Assembly (NCBI GenBank): GCA_965248925.1
Contig: CBDFLE010000006.1
Span: 800,001 to 864,000 of the forward strand
From: Candidatus Multivoradales bacterium
GTDB taxonomy: Bacteria > Acidobacteriota > Thermoanaerobaculia > Multivoradales > J023
Length of the DNA: 64,000 nucleotides
Reading direction: 5' to 3'
Both the position numbers and the translations under genes were made by a program. Shown one piece after another: positions 8,874 through 18,890 of this stretch. A model generated the notes under the pieces. It was not told where the DNA came from, did not search any database, and saw nothing but the letters and a program-made list of their open reading frames with translations. Each line of letters begins with the position of its first letter. The first letter of the stretch is position 1.

Positions 8874-10370
8874 CAGCCCGTGGTGAAAGTCCCGATTACG
8901 GCCGTCTTGGCGATCTTCCCTGGTAGAATCTTTCCACCCGAGGGAGGTAGCGACCATGGCGATGGGCAGGCGAAGCAATCGAAGACAGCGGCAGCTCTGG
9001 GTGGAAACCCAGGCGCTGGCCAAGTCCCCAGGACATCCTTTCTACGAGCGTCTGTCCAAGATTCTCGACAAGCACGGTTTCGATCGCTTTATCGAGGAGC
9101 AGTGCGCGAGGTTTTACGCTACGAGGATGGGACGGCCTTCGCTGGCGCCCGCGGTGTATTTTCGGTTGCTGTTGATCGGCTTCTTCGAGGGTATCGACTC
9201 TGAGCGAGGTATCGCATGGCGGCTTGCGGATTCGATGACTCTGCGCGACTTTCTGGGCTTCGAACTCTCGGACCAGACCCCGGACCATTCGACGCTCTCT
9301 CGGACCCGTCGCCTGATCGATCTCGAGACCCATGAGGCGGTGTTTGCTTGGGTTTTGCAAGTACTGGCGAAGGCTGGCTTGCTCCGGGGAAAGACGCTGG
9401 GCATCGATGCGACGACCCTCGAGGCGAACGCGGCGATGCGCAGCATCGTGCGTCGAGACTCGGGCGAGAGCTACGAAGAGTTTCTCACGCGCCTGGCCGA
9501 GGCTTCGGGTGTGGAGACCCCGACGCGAGCGGATCTGGCGCGTTTTGACCGCCAAAGGAAGAACAAAAAGACGTCGAACGGCGACTGGAAGAACCCCCAC
9601 GATCCCGACGCCAAAGTCACGCGAATGAAGGATGGGCGGACGCATCTGGCGCACAAAGCCGAGCATGCGGTGGATATGGAGACGGGTGCGGTTGTGGCGG
9701 TGACGGTGCAACCTGCAGACCGAGGGGACACGTCGAGCCTAGAGCGGACGTTGGATGAAGTCGCTGCGGTGCTGGAAGATGTCGTTGAGAATTCGGAGGC
9801 TGGCGATCACTTGAGCGAGAAAGTCCGTTCAGAGCTGGTGGCTGACAAGGGCTATCACAGTAACGCGGTCATGAAGGCACAGCGTCAAGGGAAGATTCGA
9901 ACCTATATTTCGGAACCGGATCGAGGCCGACGCAACTGGTACGGCAAAGAGGCGGAGAAGCAAGCGGTGTATGCCAACCGTCGACGGATCAAGGGTCGTC
10001 GAGGCCGCGAGCTGTCGCGGCGTCGAGGAGAGAAAGTAGAACGCACCTTTGCCCATTGCTACGAGACTGGCGGTATGAGAAGGACCCACCTTCGAGGTCA
10101 CGACAACATCCGCAAAAGGTTGCTGATTCACATCGCGGGATTCAATCTTGGGCTGCTGCTTCGTCAAATGTATGGAGCCGGCACTCCACGGGCCCTTCAG
10201 GGCTTTCTTTCGGCTCTCGAACAGGGCTTTCGCGCCGTATGTAGCTTGCTGAGCTGGCTTCTGCCGCACGAGAGCGGATATTGGCCACTAAGATCTTCGA
10301 TCAGACCACCTGCGCCGGCTGGCCTCAATTTAGGCCACATTTTGTAGAAACGGACTTCTGCCACGGGCTG
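8874..10370 (+). mobile_element. IS1182-family (IS4/IS5 superfamily) insertion sequence
   Basis: Terminal IRs CAGCCCGTGGTGAAAGTCC and GGACTTCTGCCACGGGCTG; CTAG on both flanks (8870-8873, 10371-10374). Confidence 0.9.
8956..10347 (+). CDS. IS1182-family DDE transposase
   Basis: GRPS, PDHSTLSR, IDATTLEANA, DPDA, ADKGY and VERTFA motifs. Confidence 0.93.
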   Translation: MAMGRRSNRRQRQLWVETQALAKSPGHPFYERLSKILDKHGFDRFIEEQCARFYATRMGRPSLAPAVYFRLLLIGFFEGIDSERGIAWRLADSMTLRDFLGFELSDQTPDHSTLSRTRRLIDLETHEAVFAWVLQVLAKAGLLRGKTLGIDATTLEANAAMRSIVRRDSGESYEEFLTRLAEASGVETPTRADLARFDRQRKNKKTSNGDWKNPHDPDAKVTRMKDGRTHLAHKAEHAVDMETGAVVAVTVQPADRGDTSSLERTLDEVAAVLEDVVENSEAGDHLSEKVRSELVADKGYHSNAVMKAQRQGKIRTYISEPDRGRRNWYGKEAEKQAVYANRRRIKGRRGRELSRRRGEKVERTFAHCYETGGMRRTHLRGHDNIRKRLLIHIAGFNLGLLLRQMYGAGTPRALQGFLSALEQGFRAVCSLLSWLLPHESGYWPLRSSIRPPAPAGLNLGHIL

Positions 10371-11320
10371 CTAGGGCCGGCCGCCCCCCCTCGCTCGTTA
10401 CAGTTCCAGCCTGCCTGGCGCTCACCCTGGTGGTCGCAGTCCATGAAGTCGTGCCCTTTCAGTCGACAGAGCACACAACATCCATCGCTAATCTCGCAAG
10501 CAGCGGAGCTGCCATCGCGGACCGCGGAGGCAATCTGCACGACATTGCTCCACAACATCAGCACCACTACCAGGACGCAGTGAGCCCTACGAACACAGGA
10601 CCCTTTATCAGCCAGAGATATCATGTCTTCCCAGATCGAGCCTCCTACCAGCGACTAACCCTGGGCCGCCAGCTGCTCAAAGCTGGCCATGCCGAGTTAA
10701 CGATCGCCCATCGAGGTTTTGCGTTGTCGATGATCGCGGCGATTCGGCCATGCCCCGCTTTATTCTCGGAATCTGCGGAAAGCCGATTCTCAAACAGAAC
10801 ATTTGGTCGTGAACTCCGTGGTGAAAAAACGGCTAGGACCTGGGAGCTATCCTGAGGTGTTCGTATCAGATCCCTTCATGACCCTCTCTGTTTGAGGCAA
10901 ATTCCACTGAACTATCTGCTGACTTCTTTCTCGCAAGTCCTGGCCACTCGCGGACCACATTCACAAAAAGCCAAGTGTTCCATTACTTTAGCAGGCTCTA
11001 TATTTCTCGCTGGCCAGCCCGCTTTCCGAAGGGGTTCTGAACGAACTTCTCCCAGAGAAGATTTCAGCATGAACGGCTTTCATACTCATATCCGACCGAC
11101 ACCGAGAGCAACTCCCGCGCACCTACCAGCCAGGCGCGCCTGAACATCTCGACGTCGACAAGTTCGAGAGCGACGACAGGTACAGACTGCACATGGGCAG
11201 CCAAAATCAGGCCCGGCTAACGCTACCGAGAATCCCTGAGCTGGCGAACTCAAGCATCTAATATTGATCAGAAATGGACAGAATGCTCGGCCAATTGATC
11301 ATCGAAACCAGCTGTGTTAG

Positions 11321-12034
11321 TCAGTAAATACCACCAGGCTCGAGAGTCAACACTTCACAAGCTACACCACGCTCGCGGAGAGCTCGTTCGAACCCTGCCG
11401 GAGTACCAGTGAGCAGCGGAAAGGTGCCCCAGTGGATCGGGATCACTTGTCGTACTTCGAGGAATTCACAGGCTCGGGCAGCTAGCTCGACACCCATGGT
11501 GAAGCGGTCGCCGATGGGCAGGAAGGCGAGTTCTGGGCTGTAGATTTCGGCGATCAACTTCATGTCGGAGAACAGGCCGGTGTCGCCCGCGTGGTAAAAG
11601 GTGTAACCCCCCGGCAGGCGGACCACGTAGCCGGATGGATCGCCAGCGTAGATCATCTGCTCGCCCTCCATCAGGCTGGAGGTGTGTTGGGCATGGACCT
11701 GGGTGACGGTGGTGCCTAACACCTGCTGGCTGCCGCCGATGTTCATCGGTGAGCAACCCTCGACCCCTTTCGATTCCAGCCAGGTACATATTTCGAAAGT
11801 CGCCACGATGGTTCTTGGCCGGTAGCGCCGGGCGATCTCTACCGTGTCGCCCATGTGGTCGAAGTGGCCGTGGGTAATCAAAATGGCATCGACGCGCTCT
11901 AGCTGATCGATGTCTAGCGAGCAAGAGGGATTGCCGTTCACCCATGGCTCGATCAAGATGCGCTCGCCATTGGGCAAGTCGCACAAGACGGTGGAATGAC
12001 CGAGGTAGGTGAAGGTGGGGCGCTGTTCAGACAT
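11321..12034 (-). CDS. Metal-dependent hydrolase, metallo-beta-lactamase fold (UPF0173-like)
   Basis: YLGHS, THGHFDH, YHAGDT, LPIGDRFTMG and IPIHWGTF motifs. Confidence 0.92.
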   Translation of the reverse strand: MSEQRPTFTYLGHSTVLCDLPNGERILIEPWVNGNPSCSLDIDQLERVDAILITHGHFDHMGDTVEIARRYRPRTIVATFEICTWLESKGVEGCSPMNIGGSQQVLGTTVTQVHAQHTSSLMEGEQMIYAGDPSGYVVRLPGGYTFYHAGDTGLFSDMKLIAEIYSPELAFLPIGDRFTMGVELAARACEFLEVRQVIPIHWGTFPLLTGTPAGFERALRERGVACEVLTLEPGGIY

Positions 12035-12063
12035 CAGTCTTCTCCGGATGAGTAATGAACCTT

Positions 12064-12897
12064 CTACGGTCGGGAGCGGTTCTCCGCGACGACAAAGCGA
12101 GTCGCAGGCACTGGCTCGCCACGCAAGGCCGCCAGCAGACGACCGGGCACTGAGCCGTCGAGGATCCAAGATTCGATTCCGAGCCGAGCCATGGCGCGGG
12201 CAGCCTCCAGACGGTGGGTCATGCCGCCGGTGACGTCGGTGCCAGCCGAGCCGCCGGTCGAGCGACGGACAGCGGCAAAACTATGGCGGTCGATCTTGGG
12301 GATCAGGCGGCCGTCGTCATCGAGCACACCTGCGGTCACGCCGGCCCACACCACCCGTCGCGGCCGCCGACCGACTCTTGCCAACCGGCGGGCCAAAGCC
12401 AGAAGCACGGACTCGGTGGAGCAAATCGAGGCGCCGCGCTGGCGATCGAGCACAATATCGCCCCTGACCACCGGCAGCAGCCCTAGATCAAGCGCCCGCC
12501 GCAGAGGTTCGAGAGCCACCGACACCGGCTGTCCGGAGCTGGCAACCAAGCTGCTGGATGGAGCCAGTGAGAATGGCTCAGCGCCAGCTTGGATCAAGGC
12601 CTCAATTAGCAGCCGGTGGAGCTCTGCCGCCTGCCACTGAGTCACGCTGACGCCGACCAACGGTTGGCGCTCGCCGGTCGGGCCCACAAGACCTTGACCG
12701 AGATCGTAGCGCTGTGCTGCAACATGGCCGAAAGAACCACTACCGTGGCCCAACACCAGCTGTTCGGGCAGTTCGGCGTGAGCCGTCGCCACCTCCTGTG
12801 CCAGGCGTGCGATGACCACCGAATGCGCTTGCGATTCACCTCTCTTGTCGGTCAGCAGGCTGCCACCGAGCTTGATCAGAATGGGGCCAGCGGCCAT
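12064..12897 (-). CDS. ipk: Isopentenyl phosphate kinase (amino-acid kinase family)
   Basis: IKLGGSLLTDK, the IPK-specific HGSGSFGH, GD, and DVTGGM; sits in a mevalonate cluster. Confidence 0.88.
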   Translation of the reverse strand: MAAGPILIKLGGSLLTDKRGESQAHSVVIARLAQEVATAHAELPEQLVLGHGSGSFGHVAAQRYDLGQGLVGPTGERQPLVGVSVTQWQAAELHRLLIEALIQAGAEPFSLAPSSSLVASSGQPVSVALEPLRRALDLGLLPVVRGDIVLDRQRGASICSTESVLLALARRLARVGRRPRRVVWAGVTAGVLDDDGRLIPKIDRHSFAAVRRSTGGSAGTDVTGGMTHRLEAARAMARLGIESWILDGSVPGRLLAALRGEPVPATRFVVAENRSRP

Positions 12898-12905
12898 GGC
12901 ACGGT

Positions 12906-13907
12906 TCAGAATAGGTGCTCGCTCTCGCTGCGCGGACCGTGGCCGACCTGGTCTTCGATCACTTGGCTGACGCCAGCGGTCTCGGCCAAGCGACGAGCAA
13001 CTCGTGTCGCCGACTCCGGCCGGCAAATGACGTGGACGTTGGGACCGGCATCGAGAGTGCTGTAGGCCTCGACCCCGTCGCGACGTAGCTGGCGCACCGC
13101 CGACAACACCTCCAGAGTAGCTGGCTGCCAGTAGAAGATCGCCGGTAGCGAGGTCATCGCCACGCAGTGCAGATCGACGGCCTCGGCTTCGATGGTCTCG
13201 CCCAAAGCGGTCAAGTCGCGCTCTTCGAGGGCCCGTCGGACGATCTCCAGGCGGTCCGGCAATGCGCCTTGGCGGGCCCGCCAGTAGGGGCTTGAGCGGG
13301 CCCGCCTGTGCCCTTCGAGAGACGAGGTTCGCTTCGGTTCGGTGGCCACCAGGGCGATGACATCGGCCAGCTGCCAATGATCGGCCGAGTGAATCTGCTC
13401 CGCCCAGCCATCTTCAGCCGGGCCGAACGGCCATTCGACATAGCCACCACTGACCGAGCGCGAAGCGGAACCGGAGCCGCTCATCCGGGCCAAGCGCGAG
13501 GCCTCGAACTCACTCACCGAACGGCCTAGAGCAGCCACCGTCGCCAGGGTCAGAGCAGCAAAGCCGGAGGCCGAGGAGGCCAATCCGGCGGCGGCAGGAA
13601 ACGAATTCTCGGTGGCGACGCGGAAATGACCCTCGACCTCTGCCCAACGCCGCAGATTGCCCAACTGACCGAGGATGCGAGAAGCGAAATCCGGCGGCGC
13701 CTCCTCGAGCGCACCAGCACCACCGCGCCACCGCACTTGACCATCACCCGCGGCGGCGAGCCACTCCACCGTGGTGCGGCTACGACAATGCTCTAGGGTC
13801 ATCGAGATCGAGGGATTGGCCGGAATTGCCCGACCGAGATCTTTGGCCCCCCAATACTTGATGAAGGCGATGTTCGAAGGTGCGGAGATCGTTGCCTTGT
13901 GCGACAT
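12906..13907 (-). CDS. mvaD: (Di)phosphomevalonate decarboxylase, probably acting on mevalonate 5-phosphate
   Basis: APSNIAFIKYWG, NPSISMTL, GLASSASG, SGSASRS and TLDAGPNVH motifs. Confidence 0.92.
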   Translation of the reverse strand: MSHKATISAPSNIAFIKYWGAKDLGRAIPANPSISMTLEHCRSRTTVEWLAAAGDGQVRWRGGAGALEEAPPDFASRILGQLGNLRRWAEVEGHFRVATENSFPAAAGLASSASGFAALTLATVAALGRSVSEFEASRLARMSGSGSASRSVSGGYVEWPFGPAEDGWAEQIHSADHWQLADVIALVATEPKRTSSLEGHRRARSSPYWRARQGALPDRLEIVRRALEERDLTALGETIEAEAVDLHCVAMTSLPAIFYWQPATLEVLSAVRQLRRDGVEAYSTLDAGPNVHVICRPESATRVARRLAETAGVSQVIEDQVGHGPRSESEHLF

Positions 13908-14004
13908 GGATTCCTTCCGATAAGTGAGACGATTGCGAGGATGATCATAGACCAGATTCAGCCCTCCTTGCAGCCCGGGAGGGGATCCCCTACCTGCCTC
14001 TTGG

Positions 14005-14033
14005 TTGACACTCCCAAAGGGCCGTGAGACCAT
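14005..14033 (+). promoter_or_regulatory. Candidate sigma70 promoter for the squalene/phytoene synthase gene
   Basis: TTGACA, 17-nt spacer, GACCAT. Confidence 0.4.
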
Positions 14034-14187
14034 CAATTCAACCCTTGAAACTGCTGCACCACCGGCGTCTGGCCCAGCACCCCGAGCCCTCTGGAGCAGC
14101 GCGGCTTTACCGCCAGCGTGGCGAGTTCACCACAATCGCTAGTGCATGGGTTCGCCGACTAGCACAGCCCACTGATCGACAGTCTTC

Positions 14188-15225
14188 ATGAGCCAGACCC
14201 CACCCTTACCTGACATTCCAACAGGCCCGCCACAGGCTCTCGTCGACGCCTACTCCAGTGCTGAGACCATCGCCGCCCGCGACCTCAACAACCTGTATTT
14301 GACCAGTTGCTATTTTGCCGACCGACAACGCTATTGGGCATTCTGCGCCATGTATTCGGTGATGCGGGTGGTCGATGATCGGATCGATGCGATCCCCTCG
14401 CGAAGTGATCTTGATACTGACCAGCGCCAGCGTGAACATGCCGTAGTGGATGCTTGGGCGGCAGCTCTCGAAGGAGCCCAGCGCGGCGCCCCGGCGAGCC
14501 GGCGGCAGATCGCTGCCTGCGAAGACCCCCAAGCCGCCGACCTGCTGCAAGTCTGTGCCGACGCCATGCACCGCTTTCCCGTGCCGCTGTCTCTTTGGCG
14601 CAATTTCTTCGCCGCCATGCACCTGGACCTCGACCAACCTCGTTTCGCCACTTACCAGGGCTTTCTCGACTACACCGAGGGAGCCAGCGTCGCGCCGACG
14701 ACGATCTACCTGTATCTGATCAGCGCCCAACAAGCAGCGCCGGGTGAGCCCTATCTGTTGCCCGCCGACTTCGACCTGATCGGCTGCGGGCGTCATCTCG
14801 GCACCTTCGCTTATCTCGGGCATATCGTCCGCGACTTGGCCGAGGATCTGGCCACCGGCGACGAGGGTTTGATCTATGTCGCGACCGACGATCTGACTCA
14901 CTTCGGACTCGACGAAGCGGCCCTTCGGCGCGACCTAGCGGCCAAAAAAGCGAGCCCTGCGCTACGCCAGCTAGTGGCCGAACTGCGCCTCCGTTCAGGC
15001 CGCCACTTGACAGCGGGTCGCCGTCTGCTAGCGCCGCTCAGCGGCAGCCTGGCCGCCGATTGCTCCTACATCTTGGAGTTGATCCTGACCATCTACCAGC
15101 GGGTCTTGGGGAAGATCGAGCAAGCAGGTGACGATCCGATGGCCGAGCGCCACCGTCTCAGCATGGAGGAGAAAGAAGAGATCGCTCTCGAAGTCGCCGA
15201 GCGGGTAGGATTCGCTCCGGAGTAG
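14188..15225 (+). CDS. Squalene/phytoene synthase family (head-to-head prenyl condensation)
   Basis: YSVMRVVDDRID (DDxxD), AMHLDL, HIVRDLAED second Asp-rich motif, IY. Confidence 0.85.
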   Translation: MSQTPPLPDIPTGPPQALVDAYSSAETIAARDLNNLYLTSCYFADRQRYWAFCAMYSVMRVVDDRIDAIPSRSDLDTDQRQREHAVVDAWAAALEGAQRGAPASRRQIAACEDPQAADLLQVCADAMHRFPVPLSLWRNFFAAMHLDLDQPRFATYQGFLDYTEGASVAPTTIYLYLISAQQAAPGEPYLLPADFDLIGCGRHLGTFAYLGHIVRDLAEDLATGDEGLIYVATDDLTHFGLDEAALRRDLAAKKASPALRQLVAELRLRSGRHLTAGRRLLAPLSGSLAADCSYILELILTIYQRVLGKIEQAGDDPMAERHRLSMEEKEEIALEVAERVGFAPE

Positions 15226-15267
15226 GCCCGAAGTGGGCTCTTGGCGAACCCGGCGGAGTCCGCAGGC

Positions 15268-16344
15268 TCAAGCGACCTCGCGTCGCAGCCCTTCGGCGCC
15301 GAGCCGCAGATCGAGCCGTTCCAAGGGTTTGAGGAACGGCCAACTCTCGACCCGCGCGCTGGGGTGATAAACCAACAGACTGCCAGCGCCAGAGCCGGTC
15401 AATGCGCCGGCTCCGGAGATCTTTGCCGCGCCACCCTTTTCTTCTATTAGGCGTACCAGCCGTCGCACCGCTGCTGGCACCACCCCGAGAGCTTCGAGTT
15501 CTCGCTCGAAGACGCGGATCAAGCGAATAACCCGGTGGCCGCTCTCAGACGGCCCTTCGAGTTCCAGTCGTAGTTCGGCGGTGGCCGCAGCCATCCGGTC
15601 GAGGCGCTCCTGGAATGCCTCTTGGTTGTTCTCACCCAATCGTCGCACCGCCGCCACCACCGCTCCAGTGGACTCATTGGGAGTGCCACTGTTGTAAATC
15701 CGGATGTTCTCCAGCAGCGCTGAGCGAGTGTGCAGCGATTCGACCCGCAAGGCTCCTGATTCTCGCCGACGAGTCTTCAGCAGCCCCCCTTGGATGACGG
15801 CGGCGTTGTCGACCCCGGACGGCAGGCCATGCTGCCGCCGCTCGACTTCGAGGGAGGTGTGGTGCAGAGCGCGCCGACCTACTTTGGCCCCGCGCAGGCA
15901 GAAGTAAGCGTGCTGAACCGCCACCGCCGCCGCTGCGGAACTGCCGAAGCCTGCCCCTTGCGGGATTCGCGAGTCGATTCGCAAGACGAGGGATGGGCCA
16001 CCATCTTCTTTCAGGAACTGCGCCGCCTCGCCCAACGCCACTTTGACGACATGGGCCGGATCGGTGCCGCGAACACTAGTGAAAATCGACGGATCGGGAT
16101 CGCGCCGGTAGGCCTCCCAGCGCAGCCGAGCTGCCCGTGAATAGTCGATCAACTCAGGCCAAGGGACTTGCTCGTCAACCCCCAATTGGGGCAGATCCAG
16201 CTGAACGCCCGAGAATCCGCCAGTGGCGGTCATCACCACCGTCAACCGTCGATCCACCGCGGCGACCAGAGCCGGCCGGCCGTAAACTGCGGCGTGCTCG
16301 CCCATCAGGATGGTCTTGCCCGGTGCCGATACTTTGACCTTCAA
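15268..16344 (-). CDS. mvk: Mevalonate kinase
   Basis: SAPGKTILMGEHAAVYG, GAGFGSSAA, HGLPSGVD and KISGAG motifs; TTG start with GGAG RBS. Confidence 0.92.
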   Translation of the reverse strand: MKVKVSAPGKTILMGEHAAVYGRPALVAAVDRRLTVVMTATGGFSGVQLDLPQLGVDEQVPWPELIDYSRAARLRWEAYRRDPDPSIFTSVRGTDPAHVVKVALGEAAQFLKEDGGPSLVLRIDSRIPQGAGFGSSAAAAVAVQHAYFCLRGAKVGRRALHHTSLEVERRQHGLPSGVDNAAVIQGGLLKTRRRESGALRVESLHTRSALLENIRIYNSGTPNESTGAVVAAVRRLGENNQEAFQERLDRMAAATAELRLELEGPSESGHRVIRLIRVFERELEALGVVPAAVRRLVRLIEEKGGAAKISGAGALTGSGAGSLLVYHPSARVESWPFLKPLERLDLRLGAEGLRREVA

Positions 16345-16483
16345 GAGTTTCTCCAGAATTGGGCTATCCCGTGCATGGCCAGTCGGCCTGCGGTGCCCGT
16401 TAGTCATTTTCTGTGAGAACCCGCCCATTATGTCAGAAGGCGCAAGGGCGACAGAACTACCCTTTTTGCCAATCTCTACCGGC

Positions 16484-17761
16484 TCAACCTGGCGCTGGAT
16501 TGCCGCGGCCCAGAGTGGCGTGCGCCCGCGCCAAGTCACGCGATGAGAGGGCCGCCAGCAACGAAAGCTCACCGGCCAGCACGGTCGCCCCGACAATCTC
16601 AGCCAACCGCCCGACAGCAGCGCCAGGCCGGGCCGGATCTACCGCGATATGCAGCAAATCGAGAGCCTGGCGCTGGCAAGCTAAGCCGGTACCGCCACCG
16701 ATCGCCGCCAAGGGCAGGTCGGGCAAGTAGACCGAGGCCACCACACTCTCCGGGCCCCGCTGCTCGATACAAGTCACTCCGATCGCCGCTTCCGCCACCT
16801 GCGCCGGGTCTTGGCCAGTGGCCACAAATAGGGCCGCCAGAAGATTGGCATAGTGAGCGTTGTAACCCAGTGAGCCGGCCGCTACCGAACCGATCAGGTT
16901 CTTGCGGTACTGCACCTCGACCAGCGCCCGAGCAGTGGTCTTGAAGATCTTGCTGAGCACTTGCTGATCGAGTACCACCTCGGCGAAGACCCGCTTGCCG
17001 CGGCCCTCCTGAAAGTTGATCGCCGCCGGCTTCTTATCGGTGCAAAAATTGCCTGATAGTGAGACGCACTCGACTCCGGTACCGGGTTCGATCAGCTCTT
17101 TGATCACCTTGTCGCAGGCCAGGGTCACCATGTTCATACCCATCGCATCGCCGGTGTCGAAGCGGAAACGTAGGAATACAGTGGTACCGATGGCGCGCGC
17201 GTCAACCTCAAGCAGGCGCAGGTGCTTGCTGTCGCCTTCGGTGAGCTGGCAAATCTCCTGCCGGTGCTGGTCGACCCAGCGGACGAATTCTTGAGACTGG
17301 ACGATGCCGGAGGTGCGAAAAACCGGCGCCCGAGTCATGCCGACGTTGTCGACTCGCACGACCGCCCCGCCAGCCTCGGTCAGGGCGCGCGCGCCACGGT
17401 TGGCGCTGGCTACCAGTGCCCCTTCGGTGGTTGCCAGGGGAACGTGGATCTCTTCGTCGTCGATCCACTCGCCGCGAATGCGCAACGGCCCGATGACCCC
17501 CACTGGCACCTGGATGACCCCGATCATGTTCTCGCAGTGCTGACTAGAGGCACGTTCGTCGTCGAGCGAGTAGCGCCCCAGGTGGCCGAGATCAGCACCG
17601 GTCTTCTGCTCCAAGGCGCGGCGGCGCAACTCAATTTTTTCTCGCGCCGACAATTCGGCCGGCAAATCGTGGAAGCGGCGACTGCCGGAAGCCAACTCGG
17701 CAACCAGGCGGTCTTGGTCGTTGTTCACCACTGCTCTCTTTACCATCGTGGCAAGTTGCAT
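16484..17761 (-). CDS. hmgA: Class I (archaeal/eukaryote-type, NADPH) HMG-CoA reductase
   Basis: CENMIG, PLATTEGALVAS, GDAMGMNM, SGNFCTDKK, GQDPAQ and GELSL motifs. Confidence 0.93.
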   Translation of the reverse strand: MQLATMVKRAVVNNDQDRLVAELASGSRRFHDLPAELSAREKIELRRRALEQKTGADLGHLGRYSLDDERASSQHCENMIGVIQVPVGVIGPLRIRGEWIDDEEIHVPLATTEGALVASANRGARALTEAGGAVVRVDNVGMTRAPVFRTSGIVQSQEFVRWVDQHRQEICQLTEGDSKHLRLLEVDARAIGTTVFLRFRFDTGDAMGMNMVTLACDKVIKELIEPGTGVECVSLSGNFCTDKKPAAINFQEGRGKRVFAEVVLDQQVLSKIFKTTARALVEVQYRKNLIGSVAAGSLGYNAHYANLLAALFVATGQDPAQVAEAAIGVTCIEQRGPESVVASVYLPDLPLAAIGGGTGLACQRQALDLLHIAVDPARPGAAVGRLAEIVGATVLAGELSLLAALSSRDLARAHATLGRGNPAPG

Positions 17762-17764
17762 GCT

Positions 17765-18877
17765 CTATCCTCCAGACCCGACCGGGGTCGTCATGGCCGA
17801 ATCAAACTTCGTCGCACCAGGAACCGCCGAAACCAGCGGTGAACGCCGTAGCGCCTCGAGATCGCCGGCCCCGACACAGAACATCGCGGTGCGAAGTTCC
17901 TCGGTTATCCGCTGTAGCCGCTCTTCTACCGCCACCGCCGACTCCAGGGCGGGAGCCAAGAAAGGCTGGGCCAGGCCGACCAAATCGGCACCTAGGGCGA
18001 TCGCCTTGGCCGCATCGACGCCGGAACGCACGCCGCCCGAGCCGATCACCTGCAGGCCGTCGATCGCCGCCAGCTGGCGAATGGACTCCGGAGTGGGTAC
18101 CCCCCAATCGGCAAACAACTCGCCGAGGTCCAGGTCGGCGGCCCGCGCCGCTTCGATCCGTGCCCAGCTGGTACCACCCAAGCCAGCGCTATCGATAATC
18201 CGCACACCCACGTCGCGCAGCGCCCGAGCGGTCTTTCCCGAGATACCGCAGCCAATCTCCTTGACTACCACCGGCACCTCGAGTTCATTCACCAATCGGC
18301 CGATCTTGGCCAGCAGGCCGCGGAAATCGCATTGGCCTTCCGGTTGGATCGCCTCCTGCAGTGGATTCAGATGTAGAGCCAGGGCATCGGCACCGACCAT
18401 CTCCACCGCTCGGCGGCATTCGTCGACACCGTAGCCGTAGTTCAGCTGCACGGCGCCGAGGTTGGCCAGCAGCGGCACCGTCGGCGCCAACTGCCGCACG
18501 GCGAAGGTTCCAGCGGTGCGGGGATCCTCGAGAGCCTTGCGCTGCGAGCCGACGCCGAGGGCCACTCCAGCTTGCTCGGCGGCCAGCGCCAGATGCCGAT
18601 TAATGTTCGAAGCGCTGTCGGTACCACCGGTCATGCAGGAGATCAGCAGCGGCGCGCGCAGCGGCTTGCCTAGAAAGCGAGTATTGAGATTGACCTGCTG
18701 GCGATCAATCTCCGGCAAGGCCTCGTGAACAAAGCGCAGCGAGTCGAAGAAGCGCACGTCGAGCTGGGTGTGGCGAGCCAATGCCAGCTCGATGTGCTCC
18801 AGCTTGCGATCGCGCTCGCCCAGCGCCGCCGGGCTGTTGGGGGAATCGGCCACCATGGTTATTGCCCTAGTCATCAA
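17765..18877 (-). CDS. fni: Type 2 FMN-dependent isopentenyl-diphosphate isomerase
   Basis: RKLEH, MTGG, GSQR, HLNPLQE, KEIGCG, GGTSW and SGGVRSG motifs. Confidence 0.95.
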   Translation of the reverse strand: MMTRAITMVADSPNSPAALGERDRKLEHIELALARHTQLDVRFFDSLRFVHEALPEIDRQQVNLNTRFLGKPLRAPLLISCMTGGTDSASNINRHLALAAEQAGVALGVGSQRKALEDPRTAGTFAVRQLAPTVPLLANLGAVQLNYGYGVDECRRAVEMVGADALALHLNPLQEAIQPEGQCDFRGLLAKIGRLVNELEVPVVVKEIGCGISGKTARALRDVGVRIIDSAGLGGTSWARIEAARAADLDLGELFADWGVPTPESIRQLAAIDGLQVIGSGGVRSGVDAAKAIALGADLVGLAQPFLAPALESAVAVEERLQRITEELRTAMFCVGAGDLEALRRSPLVSAVPGATKFDSAMTTPVGSGG

Positions 18878-18890
18878 TCCTCGGCCGGGC

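Larger units (their letters stand above)
8728..10624 (-). pseudogene. Cys-rich leader-like ORF (DUF2946-like), 131 aa once rebuilt, split by an IS1182-type element
   Basis: Removing the IS and one CTAG joins 10624-10371 to 8869-8728 in frame: ...CCVLC...GPSLTSS...PNDPPKPPS*. Confidence 0.65.

Noticed and set aside
10630-11320. Lower-GC ~700-bp gap upstream of the metal cluster; considered as a riboswitch, sRNA or small ORFs
   Set aside because: No riboswitch consensus that I can recognise and no convincing RBS or ORF; an Rfam search would be needed
12898-13377. Long N-terminal extensions in the ORF track (ipk, mvk, mntR, typA, histidine kinase, istB)
   Set aside because: They overlap neighbouring genes or precede the family start motif, so downstream starts were used
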